Of a stretch of DNA of 64,000 nucleotides, positions 25,480-38,327 are shown one piece after another. Both the position numbers and the translations under genes were made by a program. The number at the start of each line of letters is the position of its first letter. Position 1 is the stretch's first letter. The notes under the pieces are model-generated. The model did no database searches, was not told the origin of the DNA, and worked only from the letters and a program-made list of their open reading frames with translations. Source of the stretch: Felis catus (taxonomy: Eukaryota); the NCBI RefSeq assembly GCF_018350175.1, contig NC_058368.1, forward strand, positions 62,932,001-62,996,000, read 5' to 3'.

Positions 25480-27922
25480 TCACTGTGTTTATTTCACTTT
25501 ATATTCTTTACCTTTTTTCTTTAAACTAGTACATTTCTGTCCCTTTCATTCATTTCACCCAACCCCACCTCTGTTCTGTTCCTGGTATATGAGTGTTTTG
25601 TTTTGTTTTTAAATATTCCACATACATGAAATTAGTATGGTGTTTCTTTTCCTCTGATTCACTTAGCATAATGCCTTCAAGGTCCATCCATTATTGGAAC
25701 AAATGGGAAGATTTCCTTTATATGGCTGAGTGTGTGTGTGTATCACGTTTTCTTTATCCTTTCATCCATTAGTGGACACTTTATGCTGTTTACATAATTT
25801 GGCTATTGTAAATAATGCTGTAATAAACACAGTGTGTGTGTATCTTTTTGAATTCATGTCTTCATTTTCTTTGCATAAATATCCAGAAATGGAATTGTCG
25901 GATCATACGGTAGTTCTGTTTTTAGTTTTTTGAGGAAACCTCCTGCTGTTTTCCATACTGGTTGCACAAATTAACATTCCCACCAAAAGTGTAAAAGGGT
26001 GATTTTTTTTCGCCACATCCTAACTAACCTTGATTATTTCTGATCTTTTGGCAATCGCCATTCTTTAAAAAAATTTTTTTTAATGTTTATTTTTGAGCAA
26101 GAGGGACACAGAATCTGAAGCAGGCTCCAGGCTCTGAGCTGTCAGCACAGAGCCTGATGCGGGGCTCAAACTCACGAACCATGAGATCTTGACCTGAGCT
26201 GAAGTCGCATGCTTACCAACTGAGCCACCCAGGCACCCCTGGAAATTGCCATTATGTGATTAGTGATGTTGAATACCTTTTTATTTACCTGGTGGCTATA
26301 TATATGTTGTCTTGGGAAAAACATCTATTCAGATCTTTGAGTTTTTAATCTAATTGATTTTTGAGTTGTAGGAGTTCTACTTGGAAATATTTGCCCATTC
26401 ATAGAATGCCTTCTCATTTTGTTGATGATTTCTTAGCTATGCAGACGCTTCTTAGCTTGACGTACTTCCACTTACTTGCTTTTGTTGCCTTTGATGTCAG
26501 ATCCACATTGTCAAGACCTCAAAGAGTTTTTGGGCCTATGTTTTCTTCCAGGAATTTTGTTTGAGGTCTCACTTTCAAGTCTTTAATCCATTTTGAGCTA
26601 TTTTTGTAGATGATTCAAGAGGGGTGAAGTTTCAGTCTTTTCCATGTAGTTGTCCAGTTTTCCCAATGCCATTTATTGAAGAGACGTCCTTTCCCCATTG
26701 TACATTCTTAGCTACTTTGTCATAAATTGGAGACACATGTTTGGGTTTACTTCTGGGCTCCTTATTGTGTTTCATTGATCTGTGTCTGTTTTTATGCCAG
26801 TACCACAGTATTGTGATCACTGTAGTTTTGTAGTATAGTTTGAAATCAGGAAGCATGTTGTCAGCCTTTTTTCCTGGGATTGCTGTGGCTACTTGGGGTA
26901 TTATGTGGTTCCATAAAAATTTAAGGATTTCTTATTTCTGAAAAATTAGAATTTTGATAGGGATTACATTAAATCTGTAGATTGTTGTAGATGGTGTGAA
27001 CATTTTAACAGTTTTCACCCAGTTCATGAGCATGGAATAATTTCCTTTTATTGCTGTTATCTCTAATTTTTTTCATGAATGTTTGAGTTTTCACTGTACA
27101 AGTCTTTGACCTCTTTGGTTAAACTTATTCCTAGGTATCCTATTCTTTTGGATGCATTTGTAAATGGGATTGTTTTCCTTCTATCAGCATGCAGCGATGC
27201 AACAGACTTAGGACACAAAATCAATATACACAAACTTTATTGAATTCATTGATTATTTCTAATAGTTTTTGGTGGAGTCCTTATGGTTTTCTGTGCAACA
27301 TCCTGTCATCTTCCAATAGTGACAATTTTACTTTTCCAATTTGGACGTGTTTTATCTTTTGCCTAATGCTCAGGCTAGGACCTCTAATACTGTGCTAACT
27401 AAAAGTGGGGGTTGTGAGCATCTTTGTCTTGTTTCTGATCTTAAAGCTGAAGGTTGAGTATAGTGTTAGCTGTAGCCTTGTCATATATGACCTTTATTAT
27501 TGAGGTATGTTCCTTCTATACCCACTACGTTGAGAGTTTTTATCAAAAATGGATGTTGCAATTTGTCAAATGTTTGTTTTTCCGCATCTATTGGGAAATT
27601 AAGAATTTCATCCTTAATTTTGTTAATGTAGTATGTCATTTTGATTGCAGATACTGGAATAAATGGCACTTGATCAAGATACATAATCGTTTTAATGTTG
27701 AATTCAGTATGCTAATATTTTGTTGAAGATTTCTTGCATCTGTGTTCATTAGAGATATTGGCCTGGAGTTTTTTTCTTGTGGTATCCTTGTCTGGTTTTC
27801 ATTATCAGGATAACATTGGACTTGTAAAAATGAGTTTGGAAGTGGTTCCCTCTTACAGTTTTTTGGAAGAGTTTAAGAAGCACTGGTATTATTTCTTCTT
27901 TGAATGTTTGGTAGGTTTTACC
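25480..27922 (-). mobile_element. LINE-1 (carnivore type), 5'-truncated
   Basis: ORF2 fragments 26632-26856 (LPDFKLYYKTTVI..WYWHKNRH) and 27481-27684 ([20 protein letters not shown]), plus 3' UTR motifs. Confidence 0.9.
26063..26239 (-). mobile_element. Can-SINE inside L1, CT tract mostly lost
   Basis: Antisense body; degenerate TSD TGGCAATCGCCATT / TGGAAATTGCCATT. Confidence 0.92.
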
Positions 27923-28767
27923 AAATTAACTTTTAATTAACTTTCATCTTAATGCTTTTGGTAAGAAGGATATATGTATTTATTGACCCAGATCTTTCAG
28001 TAAAAAGTCAATGGACTGATACTTCTACACTTAAACTTTCAGTGACAATTTTATGTGAATTTAGATCAGTGATCAAAAATTTAAGCAAAACTTTTTTAAA
28101 AAAAAAAACAAATCTTTAAGGATGTAGTTCTGAGATATAAAATTACTTACTGGCTTTTACAAAACACAAATTTTCGGCAGAACGTAATATGACAGCAAGA
28201 AAAGAAATGCCATTGTGTAAATAGAGCTATGTTTCAAGTAGCATTTATGTTATCATAAATGGCCCACACAAGCAATCCATTGTAGGAGGTTTTGTGGCTT
28301 AGGTTGTGTTTATTTTTGAAGTTAAAATACTGCACTCATGACTGTGGTTGGTGTACTGGAATAATATTTCTATTTTTGATTCTTGAAATATTTTCTAAAT
28401 ATTCTAAACATAGTAGAGCCTAAACTGTATTTCTGTCTACACACATGCCTGAGTATGTTTCTATAAATCTGGAAATAAAATTAAATTCCATTTATAGACA
28501 GGTCAGTACCTCAAATTCCTGAATGGCAGATTACCTTGAAATGATTCCTTTAGCACATTGGTTTCCTAGGCAATGAGATCAGCTTCAATATAACATGTCT
28601 TCTATACCGTTTGTGACCCAAAACTTTCAAATCTCTCCTGTAGGTTCAAAATCCATTTTATAACTATGGTACTGAAACAGTAATGTACATGAAATAAGAA
28701 TTTGTTAATCCTCCTAAGAATGTTGAGGGAAAAAAAAACAGTAGGTCTATAATTATTTATGTACTAA

Positions 28768-28960
28768 TGTATTTATATTTACTTCGGAAAGACCGTGTTG
28801 AGTGGAGGAGGGGCAGAGAGAGGGAAATAGAGAATCTGAAGTGGGCTCTAGGCTCTGAGCTGTCAGCACAGAGCCCAACCCGGGGCTTGAACCCACCAAA
28901 TGGGAGATCATGACCTGAGCAGGAGTAAGACATTTAACAACTGAGCCACCCAGGTGCCTC
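28768..28960 (-). mobile_element. Can-SINE
   Basis: GGGCAGAGAGAGGG..GGCTCTGAGCTGTCAGCACAGAGCCC..CTGAGCCACCCAGGTGCC. Confidence 0.92.
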
Positions 28961-29234
28961 AACTGGCTACAGGCTGTAAACAAAGGTGAAGAAACCTGGC
29001 TTTGTTATTTAAACCGATGCAGTGTAAGACTATCATGAGGGAGGGGGTTAACAAAACTCTGCAATCCTCTCTGGCGTGGTGTGAGAGGCACAGAAACTTT
29101 GCAAATTGCTATTCAACTTGTCTGGCAATGAGAGCAAAGTAACCAATGTCTGCTGCTTCTGGGACAAATAAATAATATGAAAATCAGACCACAGCTTTTG
29201 AGTTGCCGTGTAGTAGAATAGAGAAGACAGAGCA

Positions 29235-29385
29235 TACAATTTAAAGTCAGAGAACCTGGCCTAGAAAATTCCTGGCTGTGTCAAGTCAATCAATCTCATT
29301 AAGCATCGATTTCCTCATCTCTAAGGCGAGACTAGAAATGAAAATACTTCTCAACCTTTTCTCCTAGGCATGTTGTGAAGCTTGA
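29235..29385 (+). mobile_element. MIR relic
   Basis: GATTTCCTCATCTCTAAG and GTTGTGAAG core motifs. Confidence 0.5.
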
Positions 29386-29718
29386 GGAAGAAGGCCTGAG
29401 AAAATATTTTTCATAACATATAAAATGTCACTTAATTGGAAAATAAGAGGTATAGAAAAACTTTTTAATCTATGGGGAATGAATTTGACCTTATGGAAAA
29501 TAGTGACTCCAGCTCATCACTACCAGTCTAACCAACTAAGTGAAGTGGTTGAGCCACCCAAATGACTGAGCCACCCAGGTGCCCCATACATGATTATTAA
29601 AAAACTTAAAAGGATTCATGTAAATAGTGTAAAATTTTGGTAAGAAAAGTATAGACCTACTTCTAAGAAACAAACTCTAGAAAAAGTATGCTTGGGAGCC
29701 AGTGGTAATTTTCTTTTA

Positions 29719-29907
29719 TGTTTATTCTTGAGAGCAGGACAGAATGTGAGTGGGGGAAGGGCAGAGAGAGGGAGACACAGAATCAGAAGCAGGCTTCAGG
29801 CTCCGAGCTGTCAGCACGGAGCCCAACAGGGCTCGAACTCACAAACCATGAGATCATGGCCTGAGCTAAAGTCAGACACCCAAACCAGCTGAGCCATCCA
29901 GGTGCCC
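29719..29907 (-). mobile_element. Can-SINE
   Basis: Antisense body; TSD TGGTAATTT on both sides (29703 and 29908). Confidence 0.92.
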
Positions 29908-30153
29908 TGGTAATTTGTTTTTATAAATAAAACACTTAGAGCAGGGTTAAGAGCATGGCTTCATATTTTTCTTGCATCATCCCATGTATTTCATTGACAC
30001 AGATGTGTTGATCCAGTATCTGTTTCTGCACTAGGAATTATTCACAAGAGTTTAGCCTCTATCTTGCCTAATAGTAGAAAATTTTCTTTCAGAATTCCTT
30101 CCAGTCACACAATTTCTGAATTAAGGAATGACTATACAAGTTACAAAGCACAT

Positions 30154-30364
30154 GGGGCATCTAGGTGGCTCAGTCAGTTAAATATCTGACTGTGGATTTC
30201 AGCTCAGGTCATGATCCCTCGGTTTGTGGGATGGAGCCCCCATAGGGCCCTGTGCTGACAGTGCAGAACTTGCTGGGATTCTCTCTCTCCCTCTCTCTGG
30301 CCCTCCTCTGCTTGTGTTGCCTTTCTCTCTCTCAAAATAAGTAAACTTAAAAAAAAAAAAAAAA
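30154..30364 (+). mobile_element. Can-SINE
   Basis: GGGGCATCTAGGTGGCTCAGTCAGTTAA head, CT tract, poly-A. Confidence 0.92.
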
Positions 30365-31015
30365 GTCAAAATGGCCAAAAGAATTCCCCACCCTAACATC
30401 TAGCCTCAGGTATGTCACATAATAAGTGTTCAGTAATATTCATGTGACCCATATATGCCAAGGTCTGTTGAACTTTCTCTTGACCTGAAGAATGATTAAT
30501 GTGAAAGCATAGCTTTTGTTACTACACATACTTTGCTCTTTGTTAAAAAAAAATTTTGTAGAATGATAAGCTAACAGTATTTGTAGATATTTTTTTAAAT
30601 GGGATCCTCAGAACTGTATTCCCAACTGGAAAACAATATTTAATTCTATGCCTCACTTTATTACATATTTGTTTGTGATGTTTGCTGTGGAAAAAAGTCA
30701 GACTGGAATTAGGCCCTTGGCGTATTTAAAAGTCCATCACAAATAACATGTAGAATGTACAAATAAAAAGAATGGACAGATATATGCCTAAGTCAGGCTC
30801 TGGTTACAGTGCCTTAAAGATATGGTGACCTAATGATTGTAAATACTGTGCCACTCTTAGAACATGTTTTCTGTTAGTAACAGTGTATTTTCCCCTATAT
30901 ATAGGTCATTTTATCAATGAAATTATCTAGGCTGTCTATTCTCCAGTTCAAATTTCATTACTTAATATGGGCACTTCCTAAATTTAAACTACATGTATAA
31001 GAACAGGAAATGGCA

Positions 31016-31327
31016 GTGGTGCCTGGGTGGCTCAGTCAGCCAAGCGTTCGATTTGGCTGAGGTTATGATTCCATGGTTCATGAGTTTGAGCCCCATGTCG
31101 GGCTCTGTGCTGATAAGCTCAGAGCCTGGAGCCTGCTTCAGATTCTGTGTCTCCCTCTCTCTGCCCATTCCCCCTTGCATGCAAGTGTTCTCCGCTCTCC
31201 CTCTCCCCCCTCCCCCCAAATAAACATTAAAAAAATTTTACAACAACAACAAAAAAAAAAAAAACAAAAAAAAAAACAAAAAAAACCACAAAAAAAACAA
31301 AAAACAAAAACAAAACAAAACAAAAAA
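31016..31327 (+). mobile_element. Can-SINE with an expanded A/C tail
   Basis: Complete body; TSD AACAGGAAATGGCA (31002-31015) / AACAGAAAATGGCA (31328-31341). Confidence 0.93.
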
Positions 31328-31544
31328 AACAGAAAATGGCATACCCAAATAGGAACCACCAAAGGATCCATATTTACTGGTCTATTTTATTCTTGATCTC
31401 AAAATCTTGAAGCAAACACAATTGGCCATGCAATTCAGAATCTATAAATATGTGAAAACTGTTACTTAAAAACTCTTATTTAACTTGACCCTTAATATAA
31501 AATGAAAACATAACCTCCATTTTTGTAATGAGAACTATTTTTTC

Positions 31545-31757
31545 AATTCTAAATTTTTAAAAATGTTTGAGAGTGCGCACACATGTGTGCCTGCGAGTTG
31601 GGGAGGGGCAGAGAGATCAGGAGACAGAGAATCCAAAGCAGGCTGCACACTATGAGCCCAGAGCCCAACAGTGGTGTTTGATCTCAGGAACCGAGGGATC
31701 ATGACCGGAGCCAAAATCGAGTCGGATGCTTAACCAACTGAGCCACTCAGTCTCTCC
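31545..31757 (-). mobile_element. Can-SINE
   Basis: GGGAGGGGCAGAGAG..GAGAATCCAAAGCAGGCT..GATGCTTAACCAACTGAGCCAC. Confidence 0.9.
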
Positions 31758-31867
31758 TAATGAAAAATAATTTTAATGAACTGTCGACACTAACAGAAAA
31801 TGTGTCCTACAGTATTTCATTCTGTGCTATGTGTCCAATGAATTCTAACCAAGCAGCTAATAGTAAA

Positions 31868-32237
31868 ACTACTAGCTTATGAGAGTTGTCCTGATGAAAT
31901 ACCAGACAGGGTGCCTTATACAACAGAACTGCATTTTTTCCAGCTCTAGTTGATGGAATCCAAGGTGTTGAATGGGTTGGTTTCATCTGAGCCCTCTATC
32001 CGTGGCCTGCGGGTCACTGCCTTCTTACCCTGTCTTCACATGTATACACATTGTGTACTAATCTTCCTCTTATAATGATACTCCTACCAGGGCCCACCTA
32101 GATATGACCTCATTTTATCTGCATTACCCTGTAATGATGCCATTTCCAAATACAGTCACATTCTGAAGTACTGGGTGTTAGGACTTGAACATATGAATTG
32201 GGGATAGGGGAGATGGGACACAGGGTACCCCATATCA
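31868..32237 (-). mobile_element. MaLR solo LTR (MLT1A/B-like)
   Basis: CCAAATACAGTCACATTCTGAAGTACTGGGTGTTAGGACTTGAACATATGAATT is the antisense MLT1 5' region. Confidence 0.82.
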
Positions 32238-33359
32238 AAAACCCTTAATTGTGGCTAAGATGATAAATTCTGTTCTTCAGCCTGTTCTCTGGGCCCCACA
32301 TTGCTCTTGTCTCCCATTCTCTGGTCTGTTCTGGAATGTACACTTATACTTTTCCAAGTCCTTTAAGTTCTTTGTAGAGAGTTCTTAAGTCTTTGTCACT
32401 GTCCTCAGAGGCAAGGATGGTGAGGTAGTGAGTTCTTTTTCTAAATTGTGCAATATTGTTCATTCCTTTTTTTTTTTTTTTTTTTTTTTTTGCTTGCTAC
32501 TTCCCTCCATCAGCATTGGCATTTTCTTTAGTCTGAAATGATGAGAGCAATTTCAAAGTTCTTTCCTGCTTGGAATCCATCCAAACTAAAACTTGGAACT
32601 AGAATCTACTCTCCAATTTAATTGGATCAGAGCATGTTCTGTGTCACTCCTGCAGCCACAGTAACTGCTTAGCACAGTTATTGGGTGATCAATGCTGGCC
32701 CAACAGCTTGGGGGTTGTGCAAGGCCATAGCATTAGTACATAAATGAATTTAATGTGAAATCCCTACCTGGTAAATAACTAGAAGTAATTTCTGGAGCTA
32801 GACACTTAATATTTCCTTCAAAATAGTATTCTTTCTGTTAATACAGTAATTCTATTTCTGTATTAGGCTCTAAAGGCATTTCTTTGGAAATACTCATAAC
32901 AAGTTAAATTTCAGTTATCAAGAGCTGCTCAATCCACAAAGCTAATCATACAAATTACTAGTGTTTACTTTTTCTAATCTTCTGACTAGTCATTCTAGGT
33001 TATATAATACGGGTAATAAAACTATAGATGTTTTCAATTCACATAACTTATCTTTCATATTTTCATAAGTGTTGTCCATGATAAACAGAACTATAAAGCC
33101 ATTATATTACAAACGTAATACTTCTGTTCTAAAATACAAGATTGTGATGAATTACTGCCTGAGATCTTCACAGCTCAATAGTTCCTATACATTTAGAAAA
33201 GACTGAACTCTCTCCTCCCCCATATTTGCTTTGGTTTTTTACCATATCTGATAAGCACCATCTGAAAGCTCATGCTTTGTGTTTGTGTCTCATGGCCTAC
33301 AGGGTGAATTCTATGCTGTCATTGTGTTCGTGTTCTGCAAAGAATAGCAATTTCGAAAG

Positions 33360-33792
33360 CGGGGTGGTTAATTTTATGGGTCAATTTGTTGGGCCATGGT
33401 GCCCACATGTATGGTCAAACATTGTTCTGTGTTTGAGGTTTTTTGATGAGATTAACATTTAAGTTGGATTTTGAATAAAGTAGATTAATCTTTATAATTT
33501 GGGTAGGGCTCCACCAATCCGTTGAAGGCCTCAGCAGAACCAAAGAGTGGCTTCCCAAGGGAATTCTGTCCACAAATGACCTTCAGTCTTAAAGTGCATC
33601 TACTCTTCCTGGGGCTCCTGCCTTTGGCCTCCACTGCAAATTTTGGAGTTGCCAGCCTCCACAATGGCATGAGCCAATTCCTCAAAATCTCAAATACATG
33701 CATACACACATGTACATACATATATACACACACAATCCATACATATACACCCCCAGTTGGTTCTGCTTCACTGAAGAACCCTGGCTAGTAGA
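33360..33792 (+). mobile_element. MLT2-type solo LTR
   Basis: Starts GGTGGTTAATTTTATGGGTCAATTTG; internal CCAATCCGTTGAAGGCC and GAGCCAATTCCT; ends GGTTCTGCTTCACTGAAGAACCCTG. Confidence 0.85.
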
Positions 33793-35982
33793 ATATCTCC
33801 AAACACTTTATTAAAAACAACAAAAATGAAGGATGGGAGAAGGCAACCTGAAGGAAAAGGAAGAAATAAAGCAAAAGAGAAAATACATATTTTAAGCAGT
33901 TACAGACTTAAAAGGAATGTGCACAAAGGTAAATGTAGCCACTTACGAATCATAATTTTTTCCATTTTGTGGACAAACTTTCAAACAATGGCTTATCTGC
34001 ACTCGGAGAAATGTGTCTAGTTCAACCTGAAGTAATACTTAACATTTATCATAAATAGTTTGTATATTTAATCCTTACCATAATCCTATGTATTTGGTAT
34101 TCTTCCTTTTGTCAAATAAGGAAAAAAAAATTGAACATGTTCTCTGATACTCCAAAGTACCAGGAAGCATTACTAAATGCAGACAATGTTTCAAGATCAT
34201 ATGTTTCTATAAGCTACATTTTTCACAACTCGTTTGTGTTTCTATAAGTGTGAATTCTGTCATTTGGGTACAGATAGCATCAATAACCCACAAATTTTCC
34301 TTGATGACATAATAGATAATATGGCTAAATTTCACTACCTTTTACGTATATATATATATATCATTTATAAGTGACCATATTTTAAAATATTTTAACAGAT
34401 TTTTAATTAAAATTTACTTATATTCTGCTCTGTTTAATCTTCCAGAAAGTTGTATGGATATATAAACTAATCTCCTATAAATTAATAATTCTTTAGTTTT
34501 AATTCTTATTCCATGTTTTAAGCCTTTTCTGGCAAAATGGAAACTTAGCATGAACTAGAAAATCCCCAGCCCTTGCTCTTGCTAAGTTTCACAAGTTCAG
34601 AAAAGTTCAGAAATACTCGTGAATAAGTACACATAGAATCATTATGCTTTAAAGTTGGAAGGTACTTTATGGGTAGTCTGAAACAACTTTTTCAAATGAG
34701 GACTTGAAGTTGCTGGATGAGAAGTGGCTTGCTCTTGGTCACAAGGTGTGCATAAAAAATAAATGCAGAGGCATATTAAAAAGATATATTTAAAAGTAAA
34801 GGTCTTTAATCACTATTTTTCAAAGTTAAGCAATTAGGAGTCTTCAATAGCTAAATCAAACATCTAGAATAAAATATTCAAAAGCAATATGAAGGAAAAT
34901 TGAAACCTTAAAAAACAACTTCTCTTTATATACATGTGGGTCAAGATTTTGTCCCACAAAATAGTAACAATGTTTGCAGAGCAACGTATTTACAAAGAAC
35001 GAATGTTTTGAAATGCTCAATACATTTGAATGTTTTGAAAATACTCATTTTTAACTTTTTATAGTAATTTATAAGTAGTCTTTGTTCTAATTCAGAATTA
35101 TGATTTCAATTAACTTTTTAATTATAAAATCTTTTTTTATAAACCACATCTTTCAAGTTATGAAATTATTTCAAACTTTAAAAAACACCCTTGTACTTAA
35201 TCTTTGGACAAGTCATGAACTCAATTAGAAATCTGTAAGGGTTTATTAAAGAACATTAAATAGGAGCTATCTAGAATCATTGTAAGTCATTTGGTGCCTG
35301 TATCTCAGCAAACAAAATACGTTTGAATTCGAGAGTTCGACATTCAGGTCTGCAACAACCAGTGTAATCATCTGTACTGAATAAAAACCTGTGTGAGGAA
35401 TGAAAGACTTTGTGTGCCTTTGTAGCCTCTATTCTCCAATACTCCATTCTCAAACCCTTATTTTAAAGACAGCATTAAAGGCCAATAAGCAAAATAGACT
35501 TTGGGGTTCCCCCAAATATTCTCTCCTAATGTCGTCTTCAGATGAACGTTCAGTTTGGCACTTACTTTGACCTTTGATTTACACCTTTAATAATCTTGCG
35601 TTTGAAGAAGAAAATCTTGCATTTGAATTGTTAAAGCCTTTTTTTCTTCTCTGATTCCTGGGCTCAGACTAACCAGAGTCCCTTCTAGTGTTAGAAACTT
35701 AGTGCTCATCCTCAAAAATCACTTTCAGACACAGTAAACAGGCTTACCCACATACCATTTGTAACCCTTAATATATTAGGATTATTTTCTATGTCAATAT
35801 CAAAGCCATCAGCAGAGAACTTCACATATTCCTATCAACAAAACTTCCCCATCCATCAACATTTGCCCCTTGTTTTTCCCACCTGTTACCAGATGTTACC
35901 AAATTTCTAAGTAAATCCAGCCCCCCACCCTTTCAGGAACACTAGATCCTAAAAGTGATGTTCTTAAATAGGTGAGACATGA

Positions 35983-36268
35983 TGGGTGTATATATCCAAA
36001 AGAATGGAAATCAGGATCTTGAAGAGCTGTCTGCCTTCCTGTGTTCCAATACAGCATTATTTACAATAGCCAAGATGTGGAAATAATCTAAATAGATTTA
36101 GATAGGTAGATTTAGATCCATTTAGATAAATGGATAAAGAAAACGTATATAAAGGGGGGGATCCTGACATTTGCAAGAATGTGGATGAACCTACAAGACA
36201 TCATACTACTGAAATAAGTCTGTCATGGATGGGCAAACATTGCATGATTCCACTTATGAGGTATCTAT
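35983..36268 (+). mobile_element. Old LINE-1 3' fragment
   Basis: CAGCATTATTTACAATAGCCAAGATGTGGAAA..TGGATGAACCT..GAAATAAGTC..TGATTCCACTTATGAGGTATCT. Confidence 0.8.
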
Positions 36269-36299
36269 GGGAGATTTATGGAGTAATTTTCCTAAAATG

Positions 36300-36812
36300 T
36301 GTGAGATCTTTTCTCTGTTGTAAACACCTAACACCTGCTCTGCATTTTACTTCTAGTAAAAATCACAGTTCTGTACAATACCGCCAAGGCCAGTCATTGT
36401 CGAACCTACTTACCTCACTGACCTTCTCTTGAGACCAGGACTCATGGTCTACTCACTGTGCTCCAGCCACATGGACCATCCTTACTTTCCTACAGTACTT
36501 AGCACATGGTTTACCATAGTACATAACTCTATTATTTTCTTTACCCAGGATACTCCCTCCCCAATTATCTACTAGCCTAAATTACTTCAGTCCTTCCTTA
36601 CATCTCACTTTTTCAAGCCAGCTTACCCAGACCACAGTTCCTAATTCTGCAAAGCCCCTCCTCCTACCCCACCACTCATGATCCCTGTGTACTTACCTAA
36701 AATGGTAAATAATGTTTATAATTAGGCTTATTTTATCTCTCCCTAGAAATAAATTGCACAATTGGTCTATTTTGTGGTTTATTCTCTTCATTGATACATG
36801 CTAAGTGCCTAA
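36300..36812 (+). mobile_element. L2 3' relic
   Basis: CACTGTGCTCCAGCCACATGG and pyrimidine-rich L2-like motifs. Confidence 0.5.
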
Positions 36813-37453
36813 TTCATCTCTTGAAACGGACCTGAAATACTTGATTATTGGGAGCACCTATACACTTAATTCTGAACTGTTTTTGTAACTTTCTTTCCAT
36901 TCTTTCATTTGGAATGCTCTTAATTTCTATGGATATTTTATGTAATAGTCAAGTCCTGTTTTTTTTTTTGCATATAAGAAAATGAATAAGATCTTTTATA
37001 ATGGTTAGCCAATTATTCCTATACCATTTGTTCATTCTTTCCCTATCCTGGAAGTCACATGAAGAAAGAGTAAAAGAAGGTAAAATGAACTGAGCCTAAA
37101 GCTGGTAGGACAAGAAAGTGATGGTTGATACTGAATAGGTTTAGTGACTACTTACATATAGGCTGCATATGTGCACTTGGGTCTATTTCTGGACTTTCTA
37201 TATTCCCTTATATAGTGTATTCACATTCCAGCAGCTTGACTGATCCTTTTAATACATAATGTTCCTTTTCTCAAAAGCCACCTCCTACACTTCACTCACA
37301 GTAAAAAACTACACATCTGTTCTTTTGCTAATAACTTTAAAATGGTTGATTCAATATTTACCTAGATCTAAAAATTATAAAAAAAATTGCTGGTGTAGGT
37401 ATTTTCAAAGATGCTTTCATCAGCCAACTTTAAAATTTTAAATAGCATACATT

Positions 37454-37627
37454 GGGGCACCTCAGTGTCTCAGTCATTTAAACATCTGATTCTGGATTTG
37501 GGCTCACATTTCGTTAGATCGAGCATGTGTCAGGCTCTTCACTGACAGTGCAGGGACTGCTTGGAATTCCCTCTCTTCCTTTCTCTCTGCCCCTCACCTA
37601 TGTGCATACCCTTTCTTTCTCAAAAAA
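37454..37627 (+). mobile_element. Can-SINE, older
   Basis: GGGGCACCTC head; TSD AAATAGCATACATT / AAATAGCACACATT. Confidence 0.88.
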
Positions 37628-38327
37628 AAATAGCACACATTAATTTTTCTGAGATCTAAATGGACTATAAAGATGAACTGGCTTGAATTTAGCATAGGTT
37701 GACATCCAGTGGGTAAGGTTGGATGATAGACTACTGGCAACCATCACCCACTTCTCAGCAGGTCAGTGGCTGTGAACTGGCCACACCTATCATACAGAAC
37801 ATGAAAATTCTTATCTGGAAAGGAGAAAATGACGTGAAGCTTGAACTAATATGTGACTGCCAGAAGACAGATATGTTTTGCCTAATGATTCCATATCCCT
37901 TCCTTTTAAAGAGTACAACCTACCCACTCCACCTCATGGAATCATGCCCAACTTGGCTTGCTTCCATAGACCTAGGTGGTCTAGGGATAACTGGCTGAAA
38001 CAGGCCAACCTGATAAGTGTGGAACCCCAATACTAATGGCTTATTGTAAAGAACCAGATATTAAGTATCTTGGGTTTTGTGGGTCACATATAGTCTCTTG
38101 GGTCTTCTCTTCCTCTTCTTTTTCATTTTCTTTTTTTTCCTTTACTCTTTAAAAACCAGTGTTAGTCCAAAGGTCACACAAAAAGAGAACAGTAGCTGGG
38201 TTTGGGCCATAGGCCATTGTTTGCCATCTCCTGATCAAAAAGATATCACCATGATAGCTGGAGTACCATAAACAGATAACTTCCAGCTGACCTTCAAGAA
38301 ATATTCTAAGGGATCTTCAGATTCTCC

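Noticed and set aside
31073..31396. Lys/Gln-rich 107-aa ORF and its Phe-rich antisense ORF
   Set aside because: Translation of a SINE body and its A-rich tail.
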